Source: Anaerolineales bacterium (GTDB lineage: Bacteria > Chloroflexota > Anaerolineae > Anaerolineales > UBA4823). Taken from it: a stretch of 45,465 nt of DNA. This document shows, piece by piece, positions 37,344 through 45,465 of this stretch. Made by a program: the position numbers and the translations under genes. The stretch spans positions 1 through 45,465 of the forward strand of contig DASWHG010000219.1 in the NCBI GenBank assembly GCA_036393315.1. Direction: 5' to 3'. The notes beneath the pieces were generated by a model. That model did no database searches. It had not been told where the DNA came from and saw only the letters and a list, made by a program, of their open reading frames with translations. The stretch's first letter is position 1. Each line of letters opens with the position of its first letter.

Positions 37344-38672
37344 ATGGCGAATACCCCCTTTCTATCTAAACGGGCCCCGATTTATGCAGATGTGTCCGAT
37401 GACAAGTGGAATAACTGGCGCTGGCAGCTCAGCAACCGGGTCAATACTGCAGAAGAATTCGAAAAAGTGATCCCCCTCACCGACAGCGAACGCAAGGCGC
37501 TGTCTGCAGCGCATCTTTTTCGAGTGGATATCACTCCGTATTTCATCTCATTGATCGACCCGGACGATCCGGATGATCCGGTGCGAAAACAGGTCGTCCC
37601 GACCGCAGGCGAGATGGTGCCCTTCACGGCGATGATGGAGGATTCCCTGGCCGAGGACCGGCACTCGCCCGTCCCCGGACTGGTGCACCGCTACCCAGAT
37701 CGCGTCTTGATGCTGGTCACCACCCAGTGCGCTTCCTATTGCCGCTACTGCACCCGCTCGCGCATCGTTGGCGACCCATCCGCGACGTTCTCGCGGGCCG
37801 AGTTCGAGATGCAGATCGAATACCTGAAACGCACGCCGCAGGTCCGCGACGTGCTACTCTCGGGCGGCGATCCACTTGTCCTGGCGCCGAAAATCCTGGA
37901 GGAGATCCTCAGCCGGCTGCGCGAAATCCCCCACATCGAGATCGTCCGCATCGGCTCGCGGGTGCCGGTCTTCCTGCCCATGCGGATCACCGCCGAGCTC
38001 ACGGACATGCTCGAGAAGTACCATCCCTTGTGGCTCAACATCCACGTCAACCACCCCAACGAGATCACAGCGGAGCTGGCCGAGGCCTGCGACCGGATGT
38101 CCCGAGCGGGCATCCCGCTCGGGAACCAGTCCGTGCTGCTGGCGGGCGTAAACGACAACGTGCACATCCAGCGCCAGCTGGTACACGACCTGGTGCGCAT
38201 CCGGGTGCGTCCTTACTATCTTTACCAGTGCGACCTGGTTGCGGGCGCCGGGCACTTCCGGACGCCTGTCGCCAAGGGAATTGAAATCATGGAGGGGCTG
38301 CGCGGGCATACCTCCGGCTACGCCGTGCCTACTTATATCATCGACGCGCCCGGCGGTGGCGGGAAGATCCCCGTCAGCCCCAACTACCTGTTGAGCATGT
38401 CCGATCACAAGGTCGTGCTGCGTAACTACGAAGGCTTTATCACCACCTACGAAGAACCGGTAGATTACAAACCAAGCGATGCCGCAAAGTACCACCTCAA
38501 GAGGCCTGAGCCAGGCCAGTCGGGCGTCAGCGGGCTTTTGGAAGGCGAGCAGATGTTCATCAAGCCGGAGGGCTTCGACGAAATCCACGATCGCCACGGG
38601 ATACAGCACCGGCTGAAGGATGGCCGCAAATGGATTCCGCTGGGGATTGGGCCCGGCGAGAAAGAGGACTGA
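37344..38672 (+). CDS. kamA: lysine 2,3-aminomutase family radical-SAM enzyme
   Basis: 442 aa with KamA N-terminus WNNWRWQLSNRV and radical-SAM cluster CASYCRYCTRS. Also has the PLP region LSGGDPL and a C-terminal CD...G zinc-site region. Confidence 0.88.
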   Translation: MANTPFLSKRAPIYADVSDDKWNNWRWQLSNRVNTAEEFEKVIPLTDSERKALSAAHLFRVDITPYFISLIDPDDPDDPVRKQVVPTAGEMVPFTAMMEDSLAEDRHSPVPGLVHRYPDRVLMLVTTQCASYCRYCTRSRIVGDPSATFSRAEFEMQIEYLKRTPQVRDVLLSGGDPLVLAPKILEEILSRLREIPHIEIVRIGSRVPVFLPMRITAELTDMLEKYHPLWLNIHVNHPNEITAELAEACDRMSRAGIPLGNQSVLLAGVNDNVHIQRQLVHDLVRIRVRPYYLYQCDLVAGAGHFRTPVAKGIEIMEGLRGHTSGYAVPTYIIDAPGGGGKIPVSPNYLLSMSDHKVVLRNYEGFITTYEEPVDYKPSDAAKYHLKRPEPGQSGVSGLLEGEQMFIKPEGFDEIHDRHGIQHRLKDGRKWIPLGIGPGEKED

Positions 38673-38691
38673 TCGTTCCAACCGCATTATT

Positions 38692-38716
38692 AAGGGCGGG
38701 ATTACCCCGCCCTTTT
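38692..38716 (+). terminator. rho-independent terminator after kamA
   Basis: GGGCGGG-ATTAC-CCCGCCC-TTTT, 20 nt after the stop. Confidence 0.8.
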
Positions 38717-38763
38717 AGTCGTTAACAGCGTATAAGAAAGAGGCAGGTGAGCCAGAGCGCGGA

Positions 38764-38792
38764 TTGCAAGTCACCTGGCCGCGTGGTAGAAT
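38764..38792 (+). promoter_or_regulatory. pdxS promoter TTGCAA-17 nt-TAGAAT (TGg extended -10)
   Basis: Hexamers at 38764-38769 and 38787-38792 with a 17-nt spacer ending in TGG. A GGAGG SD lies before the ATG at 38833. Confidence 0.55.
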
Positions 38793-38832
38793 GTGATCGA
38801 AGTGTGTTGCACTTTCAGGAGGTTAGGATAAC

Positions 38833-39720
38833 ATGGAACAGCAAGTTGCCACTTTTGCAGTAAAAAAGGGGCTGGCCCAGATGCTGAAGGGCGGCGTGAT
38901 CATGGATGTCGTCACGTCAGAGCACGCCCGGATCGCCGAAGAAGCCGGTGCGGTTGCGGTGATGGCTCTCGAGCGCGTCCCGGCGGACATCCGTGTCCAA
39001 GGGGGCGTGGCCCGCATGAGCGATCCGGAGCTGATCTTGCAGATCATGGATGCAGTCACGATCCCGGTCATGGCCAAGGTGAGGATCGGGCATTTCGTCG
39101 AGGCGCAGATCCTGGAAGCCATCGGAGTGGACTACATTGACGAATCCGAGGTGCTCACCCCGGCGGACATGGCCTACCACATCAATAAGCACGATTTCAA
39201 GGTGCCGTTCGTGTGCGGCTGCCGGAACCTAGGTGAGGCCTTGAGGCGAGTTGGAGAAGGCGCCGCCATGATCCGTACCAAGGGGGAAGCCGGGACCGGA
39301 GACGTGGTCGAAGCCGTTCGCCACGCCCGGGCCGTGCTGGGTGAGATCCGGCGCCTGCAGAATATGCTGGAAGAAGAGTTAATGACTTATTCCAAAGAGA
39401 TCGGAGCGCCCTATGAGCTGGTGCTTGAGACACGCGCCCTCGGCCGGCTGCCGGTGGTCAACTTCGCGGCCGGCGGAATCGCCACACCTGCCGATGCAGG
39501 GCTGATGATGCAGCTCGGGGTAGACGGGGTCTTCGTGGGATCCGGCATCTTCAAGTCTGGCGATCCAACCAAACGCGCCGCGGCGATTGTGAAAGCAACG
39601 ACTCATTTTAACGACCCTTACATCCTGGCCGAGGTCAGCCGGAACCTGGGCGATCCGATGGTTGGCAGGCAGGTCTCTGCCATCCCGGAAGGCGAATTGA
39701 TCGCAGGGAGAGGCTGGTAA
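38833..39720 (+). CDS. pdxS: pyridoxal 5'-phosphate synthase lyase subunit PdxS
   Basis: 295 aa with highly conserved [20 protein letters not shown] and [10 protein letters not shown] motifs, plus TKGEAGTG. Confidence 0.96.
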   Translation: MEQQVATFAVKKGLAQMLKGGVIMDVVTSEHARIAEEAGAVAVMALERVPADIRVQGGVARMSDPELILQIMDAVTIPVMAKVRIGHFVEAQILEAIGVDYIDESEVLTPADMAYHINKHDFKVPFVCGCRNLGEALRRVGEGAAMIRTKGEAGTGDVVEAVRHARAVLGEIRRLQNMLEEELMTYSKEIGAPYELVLETRALGRLPVVNFAAGGIATPADAGLMMQLGVDGVFVGSGIFKSGDPTKRAAAIVKATTHFNDPYILAEVSRNLGDPMVGRQVSAIPEGELIAGRGW

Positions 39721-39801
39721 GCCATTCGCGGGAACGTTATTCGGGAGGCCGGATGCCTCCGAATCTTTCTTATTGGTTGAAAGGGTGTTCTTTTCGCATC
39801 T

Positions 39802-40407
39802 ATGAAAATTGGAGTTCTAGCCCTTCAAGGAGACTTCGCCGAACACATTTCAGTCCTTGAACGCCTGGGTGTGGAGGCTGTGGAAGTGCGCCTCCCCGAG
39901 CACCTGGAAGGACTGGATGGCTTGATCATTCCTGGTGGGGAATCGACAACGATTGGCAAGCTTGCCGAGGATTTTTCTCTCATCGAACCGCTACGCCGAT
40001 TTGCACAGGAAAGGCCTACCTGGGGTACTTGCGCAGGGGCGATCCTGCTCTCGAAGGATACCCACCGCCCGCAGCCACTGCTCGGCTTGATGGACATCTC
40101 CGTCGAGCGAAATGCTTTTGGCAGGCAGGTCGCCAGCTTCGAAACCGACCTGGTCGTTCCGGCACTTCAGGAGATCGATGCGATCAACCACCCGTACCAC
40201 GCGGTCTTCATCCGGGCTCCTCTAATCGAATCGGTGAGAGGAGAGGCGAAGTCCCTGGCTGAGCTCCCGGATGGGCGCATCATTGCAGCTCAGCAGGGCC
40301 ACCTGCTGGCGACCTCTTTTCACCCGGAGCTGACCGGGGATGACCGCTTTCACCGCTATTTCCTCAAGCAGGTGGAAAGGCAGAAGGTCGAAGGTCCAGC
40401 CGGATGA
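39802..40407 (+). CDS. pdxT: pyridoxal 5'-phosphate synthase glutaminase subunit PdxT
   Basis: 201 aa with IGVLALQGDF, IPGGESTT, the nucleophile region GTCAG and SFHPELT. Confidence 0.94.
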   Translation: MKIGVLALQGDFAEHISVLERLGVEAVEVRLPEHLEGLDGLIIPGGESTTIGKLAEDFSLIEPLRRFAQERPTWGTCAGAILLSKDTHRPQPLLGLMDISVERNAFGRQVASFETDLVVPALQEIDAINHPYHAVFIRAPLIESVRGEAKSLAELPDGRIIAAQQGHLLATSFHPELTGDDRFHRYFLKQVERQKVEGPAG

Positions 40408-40440
40408 ACGCAACCAGCCAATCTTTCTTTTTGTGATCCG

Positions 40441-41391
40441 ATGAGCGTACGACTGTTTGACTGGCGCGACCTACCTGTACTGCTTCGCTATCGCCGGCAT
40501 GGCCTGTATTTCGACACGGCTTCGTTTCTGACCCGCGGGCCGATGCGGGTGCCGGCAGGCGCGATGTTATCTTATCTGGCGCCAGCCACCGGAATCTTTA
40601 CCTATCTTGCGACCAAGAGGATTAACAACGGTTTTCCTATACTTGGGCAGGTCACCCACCGCTCCGGATTGCCCTTTGCCCGCCTGTCTTTCCTGGCGCC
40701 GGAAGCTGCGCTGGAGTCGAGTGCCCTGCCGGAACTGCTTGAATACATGATCACCCAAATCGGTAAGCGAGGTGCATTCCACCTGCTTGCCGAGGTGGAT
40801 GAAAGGAGTGTAGCCTTCGAGGTGCTGCGCCGGGCGAGCTTTGCAATCTACGTCCGCCAGCGCATCTGGCAGCTGAACCTGGAGCCATCCAGCGATGGAC
40901 AGCCTTCATACTGGCGGGCTGGCAAAGCTCGCGACATCATTTCCGTTCGTTCGCTTTATAATAACCTGGTGCCAGGTTTGGTTCAGCAAGTAGAACCGCC
41001 TCCCAACGCTCACTTGCAAGGGCTGGTATACATGGCGGGTGATGAGATGCAGGCTCACGTGGAAGTCAAGTATGGCCCCAGAGGCATCTGGGTACAACCG
41101 TTTATCCATCCGGATGCGGGAGACGTCTCGGGTCTGTTGTGTGATTTACTCCATAACCTGCCGCACCGCCGCGCTCGTCCCGTCTACCTGTGCGTGCGCT
41201 CTTACCAGTCCTGGTTGGAGCCGCACCTGAAGGAGCAGGGGGCAGAGGCGGGCCCGATCCAGGCCGTCATGGTCAAGCACCTGGCCATTTCACAGCGGGT
41301 AGCACGATCCTTTTCACTACGTACCCTTGAGGGTGGGCAGCATGAGGCAACGGCTCCATTCGTAAGATCAGAGAGTAAAAAGGAACTATGA
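40441..41391 (+). CDS. hypothetical protein (316 aa), possibly a degenerate GNAT-like fold
   Basis: Intact ORF whose stop overlaps the next start (ATGA). The segment [40 protein letters not shown] resembles the GNAT beta4-alpha3-beta5-alpha4 region. It lacks a clear Q/RxxGxG/A motif. No confident family call. Confidence 0.5.
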   Translation: MSVRLFDWRDLPVLLRYRRHGLYFDTASFLTRGPMRVPAGAMLSYLAPATGIFTYLATKRINNGFPILGQVTHRSGLPFARLSFLAPEAALESSALPELLEYMITQIGKRGAFHLLAEVDERSVAFEVLRRASFAIYVRQRIWQLNLEPSSDGQPSYWRAGKARDIISVRSLYNNLVPGLVQQVEPPPNAHLQGLVYMAGDEMQAHVEVKYGPRGIWVQPFIHPDAGDVSGLLCDLLHNLPHRRARPVYLCVRSYQSWLEPHLKEQGAEAGPIQAVMVKHLAISQRVARSFSLRTLEGGQHEATAPFVRSESKKEL

Positions 41392-42998
41392 CACAGCGTC
41401 GAATTACGGACGATTTACAGGCGTTGCTGGGGGTGCTCCCCCCGCTGATCGCTCAAGCCGTTACGGAAGCGAATGACAGCGACAATCTATTAGAGGTAAT
41501 CCTGGACCTGGGCCGGGTCCCAACCGCTCGCTTCGTGGACCGGGAAGTGGCCCTCAGCGAAATTGAAGTGAGCCACGTGGACATCGACTACGTCGTCGAC
41601 CGGATCGGCGAGTTCGATGCCGACAACCGGGCCGGTTTGGAGCGAACGTTGCACCGCATTTCCGCGATCCGCAACCGCCGTGGGCACATCGTCGGGCTGA
41701 CCTGCCGGGTCGGCCGGGCGGTTTACGGCACAACGGACATCATCCAGGACTTGATCGAGAGCGGAAAAAGCCTGCTCATCCTGGGCCGCCCGGGGGTCGG
41801 CAAGACGACCCAGCTGCGCGAGGCCGCCAGGATCCTGGCAGAATCGAAGCGGGTGGTGATCGTGGATACCTCCAACGAGATCGGCGGGGATGGCGATGTC
41901 CCCCACCCGGCGGTAGGGCGCGCCCGGCGCATGCAGGTGGCGATGCCTTCTTTACAGCACGAGGTGATGATCGAGGCGGTTGAAAACCACAACCCGGAGG
42001 TCATCGTCATCGACGAGATCGGCCGGGAGCTGGAAGCGGCTGCGGCCCGCACCATCGCGGAGCGCGGCGTGCAGCTGATCGGCACCGCCCACGGCAATAC
42101 CCTGGAAAACCTGCTGCTCAACCCGACCCTCTCAGACCTGGTCGGAGGGATTGAATCGGTGACGCTCTCCGACGAGGAGGCGCGCCGGCGCGGCACGCAG
42201 AAGACCGTCCTGGAAAGGCGCCAGGCGCCGACCTTCGACGTCCTGATCGAGATCCAGACCCGCGACCGGGTTTCCGTGCACGGGGACGTGGCCGAAGCGG
42301 TGGACTCGCTGCTGCGCGGCTACCCGCTCCCGCCGGAAACTCGCTCGCGTGACGAGGAGGGGAAGATCCATATGGAGAGAGGCCCCGCACCGGTGGCGGT
42401 TCGCCAGACCGCGCAGCAGAACCAGGGATTCCGCCGCCAGGGGAACGGAGGTCGAGTCCGGCCCGAGCCACCCGCTGAAGGGCGGCAGGCACCGGCCGAA
42501 CCGGGCCGGGCTACTGGGACGGAAGCGCCGCTCCAGACCTTGCGGATCTATCCTTACGGGGTGGCCCGCAACCGGTTGATGCAGGCCGCCAAGCGGCTGA
42601 GCGTCCCGGTGCTGGTCGTGGACGAGCCTGGCGAATCGGACGTGGTCGTCACCCTGCGCTCGTACTACCGGAAGCGCCAGCGCCCCATTGTGGATGCGGA
42701 GCACCGCGGCACGCCTATTTACGTGCTGCGATCGAACACCGTCAACCAGATGCAGCAGTTCCTGGGCGATCTGTTTAACCTTTCCAGGGACGTGGCCGAC
42801 GAGCAGATAGTGGAGCGAGCCATGCAGGAGACCGAGAGCGCGATCAGCGCCGTCTTGAACGGCGAACGCTGGGTGGAGCTGCCGCCCGCTTCTTCCTATA
42901 TCCGCCGCCTGCAGCACGAGATGGCGCGCCAGGCCGAGCTGACCTCGCACTCGTACGGCAAAGATCCTTACCGCCGGGTCCGCATCTACCGGGAATAA
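41388..42998 (+). CDS. Ycf45/SpoIIIAA-like P-loop ATPase with C-terminal R3H domain
   Basis: 536 aa with Walker [10 protein letters not shown], Walker B VIVIDEIG and the SpoIIIAA-like segment [12 protein letters not shown] low-complexity Arg/Pro/Gly linker precedes a C-terminal R3H-like segment ([11 protein letters not shown]). Confidence 0.75.
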   Translation: MTQRRITDDLQALLGVLPPLIAQAVTEANDSDNLLEVILDLGRVPTARFVDREVALSEIEVSHVDIDYVVDRIGEFDADNRAGLERTLHRISAIRNRRGHIVGLTCRVGRAVYGTTDIIQDLIESGKSLLILGRPGVGKTTQLREAARILAESKRVVIVDTSNEIGGDGDVPHPAVGRARRMQVAMPSLQHEVMIEAVENHNPEVIVIDEIGRELEAAAARTIAERGVQLIGTAHGNTLENLLLNPTLSDLVGGIESVTLSDEEARRRGTQKTVLERRQAPTFDVLIEIQTRDRVSVHGDVAEAVDSLLRGYPLPPETRSRDEEGKIHMERGPAPVAVRQTAQQNQGFRRQGNGGRVRPEPPAEGRQAPAEPGRATGTEAPLQTLRIYPYGVARNRLMQAAKRLSVPVLVVDEPGESDVVVTLRSYYRKRQRPIVDAEHRGTPIYVLRSNTVNQMQQFLGDLFNLSRDVADEQIVERAMQETESAISAVLNGERWVELPPASSYIRRLQHEMARQAELTSHSYGKDPYRRVRIYRE

Positions 42999-43000
42999 GC

Positions 43001-43627
43001 ATGTTTATCACCCTTGAAGGCCCGGATGGCGGTGGAAAGACGCTGCAGGCCGCTGCCCTGGCCGAATTCTTAGAAGGGGAAGGGTATAACGTTCTGCTGA
43101 CCCACGAGCCGGGTGGAACTTCCATCGGCGAACAGATCCGCGGTATCCTCTCCAACCTTGAAAATACAGCCATGCACCCGCGCACCGAGACGCTGCTTTT
43201 CATGGCCGCACGAGCGCAGCTGGTAGAGCAGGTGATTCGCTTACATCTCCAGGAAGGGGGGATCGTGCTTTCGGACCGCTACGCCGATTCGACCCGGGCC
43301 TACCAGGGTTATGGCTACGAGAACGACCTGGAGAAGATCGACCACCTGATCGAGTTCGCCACCGGTGGGCTGAATCCCGATTTGACTTTGCTTTTAGACA
43401 TCGACGTAGAGGAGGGACTACGAAGAAGGGTTCACGGCGGAGGGTGGAACCGGATGGATGCCTACGAGTTGGAAGTCCACCGGCGGGCGCGCGCCGGATA
43501 CCACCAGCTGGCTCGAGCCGAGCCCGAACGCTGGGTGGTGATCGACGCTGCTCGACCGGTCGACGAAGTGCAGGCGGAGCTGCGGAAAGTGCTTCTCGAT
43601 CGGCTGGCGGTCAGGCCCACCGCTTGA
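43001..43627 (+). CDS. tmk: dTMP (thymidylate) kinase
   Basis: MFITLEGPDGGGKT P-loop, the DRY motif (LSDRYADST) and a LID region. Starts 2 nt after the preceding stop. Confidence 0.93.
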   Translation: MFITLEGPDGGGKTLQAAALAEFLEGEGYNVLLTHEPGGTSIGEQIRGILSNLENTAMHPRTETLLFMAARAQLVEQVIRLHLQEGGIVLSDRYADSTRAYQGYGYENDLEKIDHLIEFATGGLNPDLTLLLDIDVEEGLRRRVHGGGWNRMDAYELEVHRRARAGYHQLARAEPERWVVIDAARPVDEVQAELRKVLLDRLAVRPTA

Positions 43628-43671
43628 CACCTGGTTTATTATCAAATACCTTTCGGCCAATCGCCTACACT

Positions 43672-44067
43672 TCAATCGTCGAAGTCATCTGCTCCGAAGC
43701 CGCCCGTATCACCCCCTAAGTCGGGGAGTGCTTCGTCGATCTCCTCGGGGCTTTGACCGGCTTCGAGACGGTTCATCACCTCGTCGAACTCAGGCCCTAA
43801 TTCCTCCCCCATCTCGGAGCCCATCTGGCGCATCATGCGGGCCATGGCTTTAGGATCATCCTCCAGGCCGGAGAGATTTGCCGGGTCTGCCAGGCTTTCC
43901 AATCTGCTCTCCTCAGAGCGGGCAAAGCGTACGCGCCCGATCCGGCGCTGCACTCGATCGCTTCCACAATGGGGACACTGTAAGCTTTGCTTGCCATATT
44001 CACTGTAAGAAAGGTATACTTCGAAGCGGCGTTTGCAGTTCAAACAGCGGTAATCATAGTTCGGCAT
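43672..44067 (-). CDS. FmdB-family zinc-ribbon protein with acidic C-terminal tail
   Basis: N-terminus MPNYDYRCLNCKRRFE...CPHCGS is the FmdB/CxxC-CxxC-SSSS signature. GGGAGG SD lies 7 nt upstream. A TATAAT -10 on the minus strand is at 44106-44101. Confidence 0.8.
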   Translation of the reverse strand: MPNYDYRCLNCKRRFEVYLSYSEYGKQSLQCPHCGSDRVQRRIGRVRFARSEESRLESLADPANLSGLEDDPKAMARMMRQMGSEMGEELGPEFDEVMNRLEAGQSPEEIDEALPDLGGDTGGFGADDFDD

Positions 44068-44129
44068 ACAGGGACCTCCCGTCCATTTAATCGCTCAATT
44101 ATTATACCTGTAAGAGAGGCCAGTTCTCA

Positions 44130-44756
44130 TTGAGTACCCCAAAAAACCCGTTTAATCCCATGCAGCTCCAACCCCTCCTGGTGGTGATCTCCGGTCCTTC
44201 CGGGGTGGGAAAAGATTCCGTGCTCGCGCGCATGAAAGAGATGGATTTGAATCTTTTTTTCGTGGTAACTGCCACGACCCGCCGCGCCCGGCCCGACGAG
44301 GTGGACGGCGTCGATTATTTCTTCCTCACCTCGGACCAATTTGCGGAAATGATCGATAAAGGCGAGTTTTTAGAATACGCCATCGTCTACAACGATTACA
44401 AGGGCATCCCGAAAGAGCAAGTCCGCCGGGCGTTGGAAAGCGGCAAGGATGTCATCCTGCGGGTTGACGTGCAGGGAGCAACCACCATCCGGGAGATCTG
44501 CCCGGAAGCCTTGCTCATCTTCCTGACAACTCAGGATGAAGAGGAGATGATCAGCCGTTTGAAAATCCGTAAAACGGAGACTCCCGAAGGGCTGAATTTA
44601 CGCATCGCCACAGCCCGGCAGGAACTCAAGCGGATCCATGAGTTTGATTACGTCGTGGTGAACCGGGAGCGCCACCTGGATGAGGCCGTCGATACGATCC
44701 TGGCGGTCCTGCACGCGGAACACCATCGCGTGAAGCACCGAAAGGTAAACCTGTGA
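44130..44756 (+). CDS. gmk: guanylate kinase
   Basis: P-loop ISGPSGVGKDS, TTR..R..E..G.DY.F and EYA.V..N.YG motifs. Start is TTG at 44130 (GAGAGG 10 nt upstream) or ATG at 44160. Confidence 0.9.
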   Translation: MSTPKNPFNPMQLQPLLVVISGPSGVGKDSVLARMKEMDLNLFFVVTATTRRARPDEVDGVDYFFLTSDQFAEMIDKGEFLEYAIVYNDYKGIPKEQVRRALESGKDVILRVDVQGATTIREICPEALLIFLTTQDEEEMISRLKIRKTETPEGLNLRIATARQELKRIHEFDYVVVNRERHLDEAVDTILAVLHAEHHRVKHRKVNL

Positions 44757-45465
44757 ACGAAGAGCAACAACCATCCGAGCAGTTCCCGCGACCTGGCTAT
44801 CCCGAGTTCGAGCGCAGCTACCCAGACCAGCCCCCGCCTGCATCCAGGAGAGTCGCTGTTGACCTCCCCGCCGTTTCTCCCATCGTAACGTATATCCTGC
44901 TCGGATTATCCGTGCTGGTCTTTATCGCGCAGATGGCCAGCCAGGCACTGTTGGGGGCAGGTCCGACCACACAGACCAGCGCCATGATCTTGGATTTTGC
45001 AGCCCAGATCAGGCCTTACTTGCCTGCATTGACGGCGCGCCTCGGAGGGGATTTACCGGCGGCATTAGGGATAAAAATCAACGAGCTGATCGCCCTGGGG
45101 GAATTGTGGCGATTGTTCACCCCGATGCTGTTGCATGATTCGCTGCTACACATTGGCTTCAACATGTACGCCCTGTTCATTTTCGGACCCGGGCTGGAAC
45201 GTCACTTTGGCCACGCGCGCTTCCTGGCCCTGTACATCCTGAGCGGATTTGCGGGTAACGTCGCCTCGCTGATGTTCTCCGCCGCGCCCTCCCTCGGGTC
45301 GTCAACGGCGATCTTTGGACTATTAGGCGCGCAGGGCGTTTTCCTGTACCAGAACCGAGAGCTGTTCGGGGGATCCGCCCGCCGGGCCCTGAATAACATC
45401 ATCTCGATAGCCGTGATCAACCTGATCATCGGCCTCTCGCCCGGCATCGACAACTGGGGCCACTT
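44753..45465 (+). CDS. rhomboid-family intramembrane serine protease (3'-truncated by window end)
   Basis: Not in the ORF track because it is open-ended; translated by hand. GTG start overlaps the gmk stop (GTGA). Motifs WRLFTPMLLHDSLLHIGFNM, catalytic-Ser motif GSSTAIFGL and the catalytic-His region DNWGH at the window edge. Confidence 0.8.
   Translation, partial: MNEEQQPSEQFPRPGYPEFERSYPDQPPPASRRVAVDLPAVSPIVTYILLGLSVLVFIAQMASQALLGAGPTTQTSAMILDFAAQIRPYLPALTARLGGDLPAALGIKINELIALGELWRLFTPMLLHDSLLHIGFNMYALFIFGPGLERHFGHARFLALYILSGFAGNVASLMFSAAPSLGSSTAIFGLLGAQGVFLYQNRELFGGSARRALNNIISIAVINLIIGLSPGIDNWGH

Noticed and set aside
39743-39775. Hairpin ATTCGGGAGGC/GCCTCCGAAT followed by CTTTCTT between pdxS and pdxT as an internal terminator
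   Set aside because: The stem is bulged and the U-tract is interrupted. pdxS and pdxT are normally co-expressed, so at most it is a weak attenuator and I did not list it.

Overview
GC-rich, densely coding bacterial chromosomal segment with about 47 CDS on both strands. There are no rRNA or tRNA genes, CRISPR arrays, prophage genes or recognisable defence genes. Most content is housekeeping. It includes thiolase and hbd, xseA/xseB, murJ, a MacAB-like efflux trio, gyrA and birA. It also holds the conserved rpsB-tsf-pyrH-frr-uppS-cdsA block, a SAM-I riboswitch with metK, an ECF-type Co/Ni importer with a Fur-family regulator, and trxA. The right half carries kynU, an M32 carboxypeptidase, kamA, pdxS/pdxT, tmk, gmk and a 3'-truncated rhomboid protease. 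The protein gestalt suggests Chloroflexota (Anaerolineae-like), but that is an unverified impression. Many neighbouring genes overlap by 4 nt (ATGA, GTGA or CTGA), which implies translational coupling. Several track ORFs are 5'-over-extended and were trimmed using SD position, promoter position or family N-termini. I see no clear-cut novel system. The best candidates for undescribed biology are listed here. (1) A translationally coupled orphan receiver, Ig-like lipoprotein and beta-propeller lipoprotein module. (2) A hypothetical GNAT-like protein coupled to a Ycf45/SpoIIIAA-like R3H ATPase and tmk. (3) A Fur-family regulator with a CbiM-PDGLE fusion, CbiQ and CbiO, with no CbiN and a blocked CbiM N-terminus. 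(4) A Zn-ribbon membrane protein wedged between xseA and xseB. (5) Tandem stand-alone GltD/NfnB-like paralogs behind a CRP/FNR-type site. (6) An orphan promoter-to-terminator mini transcript with CCUCCU motifs. (7) A 65-bp MITE-like element with a perfect 10-bp target-site duplication. (8) A 4x 13/14-bp direct-repeat array in the birA/rpsB divergent region. All functional calls rest on motif recognition by eye; no database search was possible.
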